Assembly: GCA_964291215.2 (NCBI GenBank)
Contig: OZ219790.1
Coordinates: 1,408,001 to 1,472,000 of the forward strand
DNA: 64,000 nt
Direction: 5' to 3'
DNA from: Alphaproteobacteria bacterium
Lineage (GTDB): Bacteria; Pseudomonadota; Alphaproteobacteria; MPNO01; UBA830
Shown here: positions 53,996 to 64,000 of the stretch, in pieces
Numbering within the stretch: the first letter of the stretch is position 1
Layout: the number at the start of each line of letters is the position of its first letter
Notes under the pieces: model-generated
The model's input: only the letters and a program-made list of their open reading frames with translations
Told to the model about the DNA's origin: nothing
Database searches by the model: none
Translations under genes and position numbers: made by a program

Positions 53996-54949
53996 GTGCA
54001 GATATCTGACCTGGAAGATGGCGCAATGGTGATGCAATCGATACGGCGCCGTCTCGGTTCGGGCGAGATCATCCTTCTGGACGGCGCCACAGGAACCGAA
54101 CTCCAGCGCCGCGGGGCGCGCATGGACGGCGGCGCCTGGTGCGCGCTCGCAACCGAGACCAATCCGGACCTTCTCCTGGAGATTCATGAGGACTACGTCC
54201 GCGCCGGAGCCGACATCGTGACCGCCAACACCTACTCGAACGCACGGCACATGCTGGACGAAGCCGGGGTTCCGGACAGGGTTGCAGACCTCACGCAACG
54301 CGCGGTGGAGACTGCCATGCGAGCGCGAGACCGCGCCGCGGGCGGGCGCGATGTCGCCATTGCGCTTTCACTTTCCCATCAAATGCCGTTGATATCCGGA
54401 ACCGGCGACAGCAATCCGGAGCGGTGGCCGCCATCCCGTCAATTGCTCGATAATTTCCGCGAACTCGTTGCCGCGGGCGTCGATGCAGGCATCGACATGA
54501 TCATCCTCGAGGCGGTCTCGCGCCCCGAGCATATCGCCCTCGCATTACAGGCCGTCGACGAGAGCGGGCTGTCTTACTGGTGCGGCTTGAGCGCCGTGCG
54601 CGAGAATGGCGCGATTGTCAGCTTTGCCGGCGAACGGTTTCCGTTTTCCGAGAGTATCGCCGCGGGCCTTGCCGGGAACGCCGAGGTCGTCGGCGTCATG
54701 CACAGCGGCGTCGACGTCACCACGCCGGCCCTCGAACTTCTCAGGCAGAGCTGGCCGGGCCCCATGATGGCCTATCCCGAGTCCGGCCATTTCACGATGC
54801 CGCACTGGCAGTTCGAGGAAGTCATCTCGCCAGACGATCTGGTGAGGGAGGCCAAGGTCTGGCGCAGCCTCGGCGTGCAGGCGCTGGGCGGCTGCTGCGG
54901 CCTCAGCCTTGAACATCTTCACGCCCTCGCCAGCCTGAGGACACCCTGA
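53996..54949 (+). CDS. Homocysteine S-methyltransferase family protein
   Basis: LLDGATGTEL, HEDYVRAGADIVTANTY, GGCCG; the start is uncertain. Confidence 0.9.
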   Translation: MQISDLEDGAMVMQSIRRRLGSGEIILLDGATGTELQRRGARMDGGAWCALATETNPDLLLEIHEDYVRAGADIVTANTYSNARHMLDEAGVPDRVADLTQRAVETAMRARDRAAGGRDVAIALSLSHQMPLISGTGDSNPERWPPSRQLLDNFRELVAAGVDAGIDMIILEAVSRPEHIALALQAVDESGLSYWCGLSAVRENGAIVSFAGERFPFSESIAAGLAGNAEVVGVMHSGVDVTTPALELLRQSWPGPMMAYPESGHFTMPHWQFEEVISPDDLVREAKVWRSLGVQALGGCCGLSLEHLHALASLRTP

Positions 54950-55065
54950 CGGCGCCTAGGCCAGGATCGTGCGCCCGCCCGGGCCAGGCAACACCGCCGG
55001 GAACCGAGAACCGCAAATGGAACCGCTCGGAGACTTGGCCTCGGTGTCTCTGCGCCACCGCCGAA

Positions 55066-56732
55066 GGGTGCAGTTCTCGCATGGCGAATGCAAGTCATTG
55101 ATTTAACACGGCTGTGTGGTTAAGAAGCAGCGGCGAAAACGGGTTTTCGTGACAATCGCCCGTTTCAGGACAGGATTTTGTCACGGGCCGAGCGGTGGAG
55201 GTGGGAACGCTCTGCACCGCAAAATGCGAGATGATATCGGTGACAATCCACAGCATCAGGAGCGCTCCCATGTCAGTTTCGCAGCCTTCCGCGTCGATCG
55301 ATATTTCCGGCTTGCCGCCTCGGGTTGTCGAGGCGGTCACGCAGATAACCGCGGTTTGTCATCGGCAACTCGGTTCGCAGCGCTCTGCCGAGGCCTTTGA
55401 GGAAACGGAGCGGCGGGTGCGTGTACGCGCTGCGAGATCCCGGGTGCCGAGGCCCGGGACGACGGTGCGCCCCGGATCGAGCGGGACGGGCAGAGATGGG
55501 GCGCCGAAGACGATCATGACCTCGCCCGATGACCTTTCGGCGTGCCGCACCGGCGCGCGCTGCCGGTCGCTGATGCCGGTGGACGAAAGCCTCGTCGCCG
55601 ACTACCTGACACGGCCGGCGGCTTGGGCTGATGATGATCGGCCACTGCACGGCGCGGGAAGCAGAGGCGTTCTTCGGCAAGCTCGGCGCCATGACGCCGT
55701 CTGTGGGCACCTTGCAGCGCCTGACCATGCAGGAGCGCCGGGAAAGTCTCGGCCCCCTGGATGAGATCCGGGAAGCTGAGGACATCCCGCAGGACGCGGT
55801 CACCGCCTCGCTGGACGGTGTCATGGTGGCGGGCTGGTGAGGACGGCCGTTCCGAGGCCTGCTGGCGGCGAGGCGGCCTGTGGCACGGTCTCCTTCCACG
55901 ACGGTGAGCGCCTGAAGACCGTCTGTCTCGGCCGCATGCCCGAGGGCCGAAAGTGCACGCTGAAGGCGCAGCTCGCAAGCGAAGTCGCGCATATCAGGCG
56001 GAGACGTCCCGAGATCAGCGCCGCCGCCGACAACTGGACTTTCCTCGGGGGTCTCGAGCCCGAAACCGAGGTATGCCTGCGAGCATCTGCGCGTGGCCCA
56101 TGCAGCGGCGCCCCACTGGTTCGAGAAGTACCGCGAGATCCTGCGTCACGACCCCCGCGGCATCGACAGGGTGATCCGGGCGCTGCGCCACCTTCGCGAC
56201 ACCGCGGCGCCAAATCGACAGGGAACCGGCCTTCTTCCGCAAGCATCGCCACCGCATGCGCTACCACGCGCTGAGGCAACCGGCTCGGGAATTGTCGAGG
56301 CGGCAAACAAGACCCTTGTCACACAGCGCATGAAACGCTCCGGCATGCGCTGGCGCATCGTCGGCGGACATTCACCTTCCGCACCCTGCTCGACCGCTTC
56401 GAGAGCGCGTGGGCGGCCATGATCGGTGCAGACGACGCACCAGCCAACGACAACATCAGCCCAAATCATACCCCGGCACTGTGAGATGAACAAATGGTAC
56501 TGAGCCTGCAACTATGCCATACGAAACTCTCACCCCCACGGCGATCCCACGCTGCTAATCCGGCGACGACTGGCGAGATTTTCTCAGTTTGCGTCGTGCT
56601 GCAATCATGCCGCCAAGGTTCGATGGGGCCTTTTTGGCACGAAAATTGCGATCAAGGAGGCGATCTGTGATGAGCCCCAACGCATTCGGATTTCCCGTCT
56701 CTGAATTAGCATGGGATCGTCGTGTCTCACCC
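55066..56732 (+). mobile_element. ISKra4/UPF0236-like IS with a degraded transposase
   Basis: SLDGVMV, EAACGTVSF, ADNWTFL, GSGIVEAANKTLVTQRMKRSGMRW; GGGTG-type TIRs; 8-bp TSD ccgccgaa / acgccgaa. Confidence 0.85.
56537..56724. mobile_element. 188-bp MITE inserted in the ISKra4 right TIR
   Basis: TIRs cacggcgatccca..tgctaat / cacgacgatcccatgctaat; TSD tctcaccc(c/a). Confidence 0.8.
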
Positions 56733-56841
56733 ACGCCGAAGGTTGAGGTCTTGAAGGGACTTGAGTAGTATCCGCCGACTTTTGCTCGCCTGGTCGCACG
56801 GCAGGCCGACAATCCCAACATGCACAGGAAGCCGATCCACC

Positions 56842-57165
56842 ATGAGTGACACGACCCTTCACAGAGTCGCCAGTACGTCCGATCTCGACGAGGACGAGGC
56901 CATGCAGGTCCTCGTCGACGGCAAGGAAATCGCAATCATCAAACTCGGCGGCGAGTTCTTCGCGCTCGACGACATCTGCACCCATGCCTACGCATCGATG
57001 GCCGACGGTTATATCGAGGGCGACTGCATAGAATGCCCGCTGCACGGCGCCCAGTTCAACATCAGGACCGGCAAGGCCGAAACGCCGCCAGCAACGGAAG
57101 ACCTGAAGAGCTACGAGGTCACGGTCGACGGCGAAGACATCCTCGTCGCCGTCGCCAGCAGCTGA
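56842..57165 (+). CDS. Rieske-type dioxygenase ferredoxin
   Basis: CTH...CPLH. Confidence 0.93.
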   Translation: MSDTTLHRVASTSDLDEDEAMQVLVDGKEIAIIKLGGEFFALDDICTHAYASMADGYIEGDCIECPLHGAQFNIRTGKAETPPATEDLKSYEVTVDGEDILVAVASS

Positions 57166-57188
57166 CCACACCCGCCGGCGCCCGCGCC

Positions 57189-58409
57189 GTGAGTTCGACC
57201 TTCGCAATCGTCGGCGCCGGACAGGCCGGCGGCTGGGCGGCCAAAACGCTTCGCGACGAAGGGTTTGACGGGCGCATCGTCGTCATCGGCGACGAGCCGT
57301 ACGCGCCTTATGAACGCCCACCGCTGTCAAAGGAGGTGCTCGTCGGCGACGCCGAGAAGGAGGCCTGCCTGCTCTGGCCGCCGGAGACGCTGACCGACGC
57401 AGGGATCGAGCTGCGTCTTTCAGAGCGCGTCGCGTCGATCAACCCCGCGGCGCATACACTGGCCCTCGACGGCGGCGAAACCCTGGAATGGACCAGGCTC
57501 CTGCTGGCAACAGGAGGCTCGGCGCGCACCCTCGGCATTCCCGGGTCCGGCCTCGACGGGATCTTCACGCTCCGCACGATCGCGGACACCGAGGCGATAC
57601 GCCCGCGCCTCGTCGACGGCGCCGCTGTGCTGATCATCGGTGCCGGCTGGATCGGGCTCGAGGTCGCGGCAGCGGCAAGAAGACGCAACGCCCACGTCGT
57701 CGTCATCGAGGCCGCCGATCGCGTCTGCGCGCGGGCTCTGACCCCGGAGATGTCGGAATGGGTTCTCGGGCTTCACCAGCGCCACGGTGTCGACATCCGT
57801 CTTGGAGCGTCGGTCGCCCGTTTCGAGGGCAACGGAAGCGTGCGGGCCGCGGTGCTCGGGGACGGCAGCGAAGCGCCCTGCGACGTCGCCGTCATCGGCA
57901 TCGGGCTGGCGCCCAACACCGATCTCGCCGCCGCCGCCGGGCTCGAGATCGACAACGGCATCGTCACCGACGAGCATGGCCGCACGTCGCATCCCGACAT
58001 CTACGCGGCTGGCGACGTCACCAACCACCCGAATCCGGTTCTCGGGCGGCGCGTCCGCCTCGAATCCTGGGAAAACGCCCAGAACCAGGCCATCAGCACC
58101 GCGAAGGCAATGCTCGGCAACACTGCCCCCTACGCGGAAATCCCGTGGTTCTGGTCGGACCAGTACGACGCCAACATCCAGCTCATGGGCCTGCCCGAGA
58201 GCTGGGACGAGACCGTCGTCCGCGGCAGCCGCGACGAGGGCAGATTCATCGAGTTCTACCTTGCCGGCGGACGCCTCCAGGGCGCGGCAGCGGTCAACAA
58301 CCCCCGCGACCTGAGATTTACCCGGCGCCTGATGATGGCCGACCGGACCTATGACGCCGCGACGCTCGCCGATCCCGATGTCCGGCTGCAGAAGCTTCTC
58401 CGGTCCTGA
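57189..58409 (+). CDS. Ferredoxin reductase (GR type)
   Basis: GAGQAG, YERPPLSK, GAGWIGLE, AAGD, PWFWSDQY. Confidence 0.93.
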   Translation: MSSTFAIVGAGQAGGWAAKTLRDEGFDGRIVVIGDEPYAPYERPPLSKEVLVGDAEKEACLLWPPETLTDAGIELRLSERVASINPAAHTLALDGGETLEWTRLLLATGGSARTLGIPGSGLDGIFTLRTIADTEAIRPRLVDGAAVLIIGAGWIGLEVAAAARRRNAHVVVIEAADRVCARALTPEMSEWVLGLHQRHGVDIRLGASVARFEGNGSVRAAVLGDGSEAPCDVAVIGIGLAPNTDLAAAAGLEIDNGIVTDEHGRTSHPDIYAAGDVTNHPNPVLGRRVRLESWENAQNQAISTAKAMLGNTAPYAEIPWFWSDQYDANIQLMGLPESWDETVVRGSRDEGRFIEFYLAGGRLQGAAAVNNPRDLRFTRRLMMADRTYDAATLADPDVRLQKLLRS

Positions 58410-58435
58410 TCCGGTGTCCCGCGCCGCCGCCCGCA

Positions 58436-58873
58436 TCAGAGAAGTCCGAGGGACCGGAGTTCCTCCGCAATCTCGTCGGGAAGATCCTCGACCCCGTCAT
58501 GGCCAGCACCGGAATCGCGGGGCGCGTCAGCCGCCTCGAGATATCTCCATCCCTGGAAAGGGCGGCTCGGCCGCGGTTCAACCCGTGCGATCGCCGGGTC
58601 GAGGATGAGGGCGCAGCGCGTCCGCCCGTCATCGCCGACGACGGGCTCGATTCCGAGAATCACCTGGCGGGCGCGAATGGCGCGCCTGATCACCCAGTAG
58701 ATCGAGCCGCCGTCGAGAATCTCGGCGGCACGGCGCGGCGTCGCGCGGGTCACGTGCCGGAGCCGCACCAGGCCTCCCGCTGTGCGCGCCGCCTCGAGCC
58801 GGAGGCGCTGGCGTTCGGCAAGCCCCGAGACGCTGTCGATGCCGACCGCAAGCTTGACGAGATGCACCGTCAT
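58436..58873 (-). CDS. DUF1489 family protein
   Basis: HLVKLAVG, GGSIYWVI, PFQGWRYL. Confidence 0.88.
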   Translation of the reverse strand: MTVHLVKLAVGIDSVSGLAERQRLRLEAARTAGGLVRLRHVTRATPRRAAEILDGGSIYWVIRRAIRARQVILGIEPVVGDDGRTRCALILDPAIARVEPRPSRPFQGWRYLEAADAPRDSGAGHDGVEDLPDEIAEELRSLGLL

Positions 58874-58893
58874 CGCTGCCCGGTCCGCCACGC

Positions 58894-60297
58894 CTACAGC
58901 AGGAACCAGGCGCCGAGGCCGAGAAAGGCGAGGAACGCGACCACATCCGTGACCGTCGTCAGGAACACGCCCGACGCGACGGCCGGATCGAAGCGGGTCT
59001 GAGACAGGCCGAGCGGAATCGCGAGGCCGGCGAGACCAGCGACGATCATCGTGATCACCATGGCCGCCGCCATCACCCCCCCGATCGCGGGGTTGTCGGA
59101 CCACAGCCACGCCACGCCGCCCACGATGACCGCAAACAGGATGCCGTTGAAGAGCCCGACGAGGATCTCCTTCGACAGCATGCGCGGGGCGTTGGCCACC
59201 GTAAGCTCTTTCATCGCAATGGCGCGGACGGCAACCGTCAGCGTCTGGGTCCCCGCATTCCCGCCCATCGACGCGGCTATCGGCATCAGCACGGCGAGGA
59301 TGACGATCTGCTCGATCGTGCCCTCGAAGAAGCCGATCACGATCGACGCCGCGATCGCGGTCAGCAGGTTGAAGAACAGCCAGCCGAACCGCGACCGGCC
59401 AGTATTGAGGACGGCGTGATAGAGGTCGTCCTCGCGCACGCCACCAAGCCGCATGATGTCCTCCGCCGCCTCCTCGTGAATGACATCGACGACATCGTCG
59501 ACGGTGATCACACCGATGAGGCGGTTCGACGCGTCGACGACCGGTGCCGACACAAGGTCCTGCCTGGAGAAGACGTATGCGACCTCCTCCTGGTCCATCG
59601 CAAGCGGTATGGTGACAAGCACCGGCGCCATCAGGTCGAGTATCGCCACCGGACGCCGCGTCCGCAGCACCCTGCTGAGCGCGATCATCCCGATCGGCCG
59701 GTGGCGCGGATCGACGACGAATATGTCGTAGAAGTCGTCGGGCAGATCATCGCTCTCCCTGAGAAAGTCTATGACCTCTCCGACCGTCCAGAACGAGGGT
59801 ACCGCCACGAGCTCGCGCTGCATGAGGCGGCCGGCGCTGTCTTCGGGGAAGGCGAGACCTTCCTCGAGCATGTTCCTGAGCGCTTCGGGCACCGCATGGA
59901 GGACACGGCGCTGCATGTCCTCGCCGAGGGTCAGGATCAGCGCCAGCGCATCGTCGGAATCGAGCGCCGCGATCGCGCGCGCGATCACCGTCGTGCCCAG
60001 TTGCGCAGCGACCTCCTCGCGCACCGTCTCGTCAAGCTCGGCAAGGACCAGCGGATCGAAGAACCCGGCGAAATGCTCGACCATCAGCGTCCGCTGGGCG
60101 CCGTGCAGGATCTCGATGAGGTCGGCGACCCCGGCCGGCCCCATCGGCGCCAGGATCTCGCAAAGGGCGTCGTCGTCGCCGGCGTCAAGCGCCGCCACCG
60201 CGCTGCGCACGAGTTCTGCGTCGAGCCCGAGGAGATCCTCGGCCTGCACCGGGTGCACGGCGGGCGTCGTCTCCGGATCCGTCGCAAATTCCGCCAT
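58894..60297 (-). CDS. mgtE: Magnesium transporter MgtE
   Basis: CBS pair, [24 protein letters not shown]. Confidence 0.95.
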   Translation of the reverse strand: MAEFATDPETTPAVHPVQAEDLLGLDAELVRSAVAALDAGDDDALCEILAPMGPAGVADLIEILHGAQRTLMVEHFAGFFDPLVLAELDETVREEVAAQLGTTVIARAIAALDSDDALALILTLGEDMQRRVLHAVPEALRNMLEEGLAFPEDSAGRLMQRELVAVPSFWTVGEVIDFLRESDDLPDDFYDIFVVDPRHRPIGMIALSRVLRTRRPVAILDLMAPVLVTIPLAMDQEEVAYVFSRQDLVSAPVVDASNRLIGVITVDDVVDVIHEEAAEDIMRLGGVREDDLYHAVLNTGRSRFGWLFFNLLTAIAASIVIGFFEGTIEQIVILAVLMPIAASMGGNAGTQTLTVAVRAIAMKELTVANAPRMLSKEILVGLFNGILFAVIVGGVAWLWSDNPAIGGVMAAAMVITMIVAGLAGLAIPLGLSQTRFDPAVASGVFLTTVTDVVAFLAFLGLGAWFLL

Positions 60298-60382
60298 CAC
60301 GCCCCCTTCCGCATCCCGCGAAGATGGAAACGGACAGGTCCCCAAAAAACCAGGCCCGCGCGATGGCCGGCGGGCCTGCAAA

Positions 60383-60469
60383 TGGTGCGGTCGAGAAGAC
60401 TCGAACTTCCACGGGATTTCTCCCACAGCGACCTCAACGCTGCGCGTCTACCAATTCCGCCACGACCGC
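60383..60469 (-). tRNA. tRNA-Leu (GAG)
   Basis: GCGGTCGTGGCGGAATTGGTAGACGC...TTGAGGT..., long variable arm, TTCGAG, CCA. Confidence 0.95.
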
Positions 60470-60556
60470 ACCGTGCTGCAGATCTCCCGAACGCTTGATT
60501 TCCAGAGAGGATTTACCATATCAGATCGCCGACAGGGTTGCAAGGATGGGACCGCG

Positions 60557-61195
60557 ATGCATGACCCTTCTACCGTCGACTGGCGCATCGATGCGGGCCC
60601 GATCGACTATGATCTCGCCGTCGCTGCGATGGAGCGCGATGTCGCAGCCATCGCCGCCGGGACGGGGCGCGAGACCGTGTGGCTGCTGGAGCATGCCCCG
60701 CTCTACACGGCGGGGACCAGCGCCCGCGCCTCGGACCTGCTCGACCCCGAGCGGTTCCCCGTGTACCGGAGCGGACGCGGCGGAGAATACACCTATCACG
60801 GGCCCGGCCAGCGCATCGCCTACGTCATGCTCGACCTCAATCGCAGGGGTCGCGACCTGCGCAGTTTCGTGTGCGGCCTCGAGGAGTGGATGATCGCCAC
60901 CCTCGCCGGATTCGGCGTCGTCGGCGAGCGGCGCGCCGGGCGGGTCGGCATATGGGTCGCCCGTGAGGGACGCCGCGAGGACAAGATCGCGGCCATCGGC
61001 GTGCGTGTACGCCGCTGGGTGACCTATCACGGCATCTCGCTCAACGTCGATCCCGACCTCTCCCACTATGACGGAATCGTGCCCTGCGGGGTCACCGGCC
61101 ACGGCGTCACCTCGCTCGCCGATCTCGGCGTCCGCGCGTCCCCGAAAGACATCGACGACGCGCTCCGCGCATCGTTTGCGCGGGTGTTCGCATAG
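60557..61195 (+). CDS. lipB: Lipoyl(octanoyl) transferase
   Basis: [33 protein letters not shown]. Confidence 0.96.
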   Translation: MHDPSTVDWRIDAGPIDYDLAVAAMERDVAAIAAGTGRETVWLLEHAPLYTAGTSARASDLLDPERFPVYRSGRGGEYTYHGPGQRIAYVMLDLNRRGRDLRSFVCGLEEWMIATLAGFGVVGERRAGRVGIWVAREGRREDKIAAIGVRVRRWVTYHGISLNVDPDLSHYDGIVPCGVTGHGVTSLADLGVRASPKDIDDALRASFARVFA

Positions 61196-61202
61196 CCGCC
61201 GA

Positions 61203-61478
61203 TCAGGCCGTCGGCAGGATGGAGAATCCGTCTTCGTCGGCTGCCTCCGCACCCGCGACCCGGATCTCATCGACACGGGCCGCGGGCGGCCCCGAGCGGC
61301 AGGCATTGAAGACAGCGTCGACTGCCGCCTCTGATCCGGAGAGAACCGCTTCAACGCTCCCGTCCCGGCGGTTTCGCACCCACCCCCGGACATCGTGCCG
61401 CCGCGCCGTTTCGCAAAGCCAGGCGCGATACCAGACGTTCTGCACGCGGCCCGCGACGAAGACGTGAACGGTTTTCAC
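61203..61478 (-). CDS. acyP: Acylphosphatase
   Basis: GRVQNVWYR, GWVRNRRDGSVE, GPPAARV. Confidence 0.9.
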   Translation of the reverse strand: MKTVHVFVAGRVQNVWYRAWLCETARRHDVRGWVRNRRDGSVEAVLSGSEAAVDAVFNACRSGPPAARVDEIRVAGAEAADEDGFSILPTA

Positions 61479-62176
61479 CGGCCGTCTTCCGCCAGCGCCA
61501 GAAACGCAGCCGCAGCCTCAAGGTCGGCACGGAGCCTGGCGCCGCGTTCTTCGGCCTCCCCGTCCCTGCCCCAAGTCTCAAGTTGCCGGTTCTCGTCGAG
61601 CCGGCAGGCCTCCCACGCCTCGGCCGCACCGATCCGGCGTCCGGCAAGGGCGAGAGCAAGCACAACCGAGCCGCAGATCCCGGTCGCCGCGTGCACCGCG
61701 GTGAGCGGGAAGTCCCCGTGAGCGGCGGCAAGCTCGCGAATCCGCGCCAGCGAGCCGGGAGGTTGCGGCACCGGCAGGATGCCGTCGGTGACGTTGAGCG
61801 CCACGCCGTGCCGTTCCTGCATCCAAACGACAAGCGGATCCCACGCCGCGCACTGGGCGCGGCGGAGATCCTCGGGCCTGTCGGCGCGGTAACAGACGAG
61901 ATCCGTCTCACCGTAGCGCTGAATCTCTGTCAGCACGGCCTCGCGGTTGCCGGCGACCCGGTCGATGGTGGTGTTGGCGAGGCGGGTGAGGCGCATTGCC
62001 GAGAGATCGATGTCCGTGCCCTGCTCCGACCATTCCCGCGCCACCGCCTCGGCGAGTGCGCAGCTCGGCAGGACGAGCGCCCGCTCGCGCGGCGTCCGCG
62101 CCGGGCGGCCGTCGAGACGGATCGCGGTCCCGCCGCCACAAGGCGCCGCGTCGACTGTCGCGTATTGCCGCTTCAT
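61475..62176 (-). CDS. ATP12-family ATPase assembly chaperone
   Basis: LDGRPARTP, LTRLANTTID, TDLVCYRA, WGRD.EA. Confidence 0.9.
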   Translation of the reverse strand: MKRQYATVDAAPCGGGTAIRLDGRPARTPRERALVLPSCALAEAVAREWSEQGTDIDLSAMRLTRLANTTIDRVAGNREAVLTEIQRYGETDLVCYRADRPEDLRRAQCAAWDPLVVWMQERHGVALNVTDGILPVPQPPGSLARIRELAAAHGDFPLTAVHAATGICGSVVLALALAGRRIGAAEAWEACRLDENRQLETWGRDGEAEERGARLRADLEAAAAFLALAEDGR

Positions 62177-62862
62177 TGCCGCCGCGCCGTCCCGGCGAGG
62201 GCCGCGACGAGGCCCGGCAGATCCTCAAGTCGGCGGGCGACATGGTGGGCGCCGGAGGCGCGCAGTTTGCTCGCGTCATGGACGCCCCAGACAACCCCGA
62301 CGGCGCCGGTGCCGGCATTGCGCGCGGTCTCGACGTCATAGGTCGTGTCGCCGATCATGACGGTGTCGCGAGCATCGGCTCCGGCCTCACGCATCGCCTG
62401 GAGAAGCAGGAACGGATCCGGTTTTCCCGGGCCGCAATCGGCGGTCTGCACGGACAGGAACCGGTTCTCGAGCCCGGCATGCGCAATCAACTCGTCGATG
62501 CGGCGGCCCGACCGGCTGGTCACCAGCGCAAGGCCGTAGCCGCCGGCCACCAGCCGGTCGAGAAGGTCGTCGACCCCGGAGAACAGGCGCTCGGGCGGCC
62601 GTGCCGGCCGCGGCCGTTGGCCGCTGCTGACCTCGGCCTGATACGCCTTGATCATCTCGACCTCACGGGCGCCGCCACCGGGTATGAGCATCTCCACGCC
62701 ACGCTCCCATGGCAAGCCGATGATCTGCCTGATCGCCTCCGGACGGGCTTGCGGAAAGCCGAGCGCCTCCCAGCACGCCGTGACGCCAGCGACGATCGAC
62801 GGAATGCTGTCGAGGAGCGTACCGTCGAGGTCGAAGGCGATGAGTTTCCGCCGGCCGGTCAC
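62173..62862 (-). CDS. HAD-IA family hydrolase
   Basis: FDLDGTLLDS, KPDP, IGDTTYD. Confidence 0.9.
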   Translation of the reverse strand: MTGRRKLIAFDLDGTLLDSIPSIVAGVTACWEALGFPQARPEAIRQIIGLPWERGVEMLIPGGGAREVEMIKAYQAEVSSGQRPRPARPPERLFSGVDDLLDRLVAGGYGLALVTSRSGRRIDELIAHAGLENRFLSVQTADCGPGKPDPFLLLQAMREAGADARDTVMIGDTTYDVETARNAGTGAVGVVWGVHDASKLRASGAHHVARRLEDLPGLVAALAGTARRQ

Positions 62863-63824
62863 GAGCGTTCCACGTTCGGGTCGAAACCAAGGAATCTCCA
62901 GCTCTCGGCCATCGGCGCGCAGAGCGGCGCCTCGGAGCGGAGTGTGCCGCCCGACGGGTGCGCGATCTCTATGGCGCGGGCGTGAAGATGGAGGCCGCGG
63001 CCGGCGGGAAGGTCCGCGACAGGATCCGCCGCATCGCCGTACTTCCGGTCGCCGATGATCGGCGTCCCGAGCCCGGCGCAATGCACCCGGAGCTGGTGGG
63101 TCCGGCCGGTGAGCGGGTGGAGCGCCAGCCAGGCTGCCCGGCGGCCCGCCGCCTCGACCACCCGGTACCTGGTGACCGCCTGCCGGCCGGCGGCGCCGGC
63201 CACGACCCGTTCGCGCCCGTCCCCGCCCACGCTCTTGGCAAGCGCGCTGTCGACCACGCCGGCGCGCCGACGCGGCACTCCGGCGACCAGCGCCCAGTAG
63301 GTCTTGTGAACGTCGCGTCGGCGGAACGCTGCCGCCAGCGCCGCCGCCGCCGCCGCATGGCGGGCGACCACGAGCACGCCGCCGGTATCGCGGTCGAGGC
63401 GGTGGACCAGGCGCGGGGCTCCACCGCCATCGTCGACGAGCGCACCGAGCATGCCGTCGATATGGGTAGCGACGCCGCTTCCGCCCTGGACAGCAATACC
63501 GGGCGGCTTGTTGAGCACGATGACATCGTCGTCGCTGTGAATGACCAGCGCGCGGATCCAGGCGCGGTCCGACGGCGAAACGGTGCGGCCGCGGGCTCCG
63601 TCCGGCTGCGCCGCGGCGGCGTCGAGCGGCGGCACCCTGACGGTCTGACCCGGGGACAGGCGTGTGCCGGAGCGCACCCGGCGGCCGTCGACGCGGATCT
63701 GGCCGGTACGCAGGAGCTTCTCGAGACGTCCGTGGGTCAGCCCCGGATAGTTGCGGCCGAACCAGCGGTCGAGGCGGATATCGGCCTCGCCCGGCCCGAC
63801 GCTGTGAAAGGCAACGCGGGCCAT
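62859..63824 (-). CDS. rluC: RluA-family pseudouridine synthase with an S4 domain (RluC-like)
   Basis: RLDRW, NKPPG, VHRLDRDTGG, TGRTHQLRVH, LHA. Confidence 0.9.
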   Translation of the reverse strand: MARVAFHSVGPGEADIRLDRWFGRNYPGLTHGRLEKLLRTGQIRVDGRRVRSGTRLSPGQTVRVPPLDAAAAQPDGARGRTVSPSDRAWIRALVIHSDDDVIVLNKPPGIAVQGGSGVATHIDGMLGALVDDGGGAPRLVHRLDRDTGGVLVVARHAAAAAALAAAFRRRDVHKTYWALVAGVPRRRAGVVDSALAKSVGGDGRERVVAGAAGRQAVTRYRVVEAAGRRAAWLALHPLTGRTHQLRVHCAGLGTPIIGDRKYGDAADPVADLPAGRGLHLHARAIEIAHPSGGTLRSEAPLCAPMAESWRFLGFDPNVERS

Positions 63825-63825
63825 G

Positions 63826-64000
63826 TCAGGCAACCAGGTGCGCGAGGCGCAGCCCGGCAAACAGGCCGCCGACCGCCACCACCACCGTCGAGGCGAGATA
63901 GAGCGCGGCGAGGTCGGCGCGGCCGCGCTCGAGGAGCAGCACCAGTTCAAGCGAGAACGCGGAAAAGGTCGTGAACCCGCCAAGCACGCCGACGGTGAGG
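63826..64000 (-). CDS. crcB: Fluoride channel CrcB/FluC, C-terminal part
   Basis: GVLGGFTTFSAFSLE. Confidence 0.9.
   Translation of the reverse strand, partial: LTVGVLGGFTTFSAFSLELVLLLERGRADLAALYLASTVVVAVGGLFAGLRLAHLVA

Overview
This is a GC-rich alphaproteobacterial (Rhodospirillales-like) chromosomal segment. It has two intact core blocks. The first is tRNA-Asp, nuoA-N, birA, coaX, rnj and DUF1467 (7.6-25.3 kb, minus strand). The second is crcB, rluC, HAD, ATP12, acyP, lipB, tRNA-Leu, mgtE and DUF1489 (58.4-64 kb). The accessory DNA between and around them is heavily eroded. (1) 1-7.3 kb is a decayed ICE/plasmid and defence region: DUF499 ATPase, an HsdR fragment, a tandem Zn-ribbon protein, ssb, DUF2493 and a GNAT-DUF1778 TA pair. 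(2) About 9 kb lies between tRNA-Asp and tRNA-Val, holding nested IS remnants (ISAzo13, IS66, an IS21-like shell, IS630) and an intact low-GC ABC-ATPase/DUF3226 pair. (3) A catabolic region at 34-58 kb carries two UbiD genes, a ThDP enzyme, a heme-oxygenase-like diiron enzyme, a Nac-type LysR, a PhyH dioxygenase and a Rieske ferredoxin/reductase. The standout feature is an ORF-less group II intron twintron (46149-47850, minus strand) that splits an MFS gene. One intron sits inside a homologous copy, and the inner intron's putative EBS1 loop matches the site it invaded in its own family. All calls come from reading the sequence and recalled family motifs; no searches were run.
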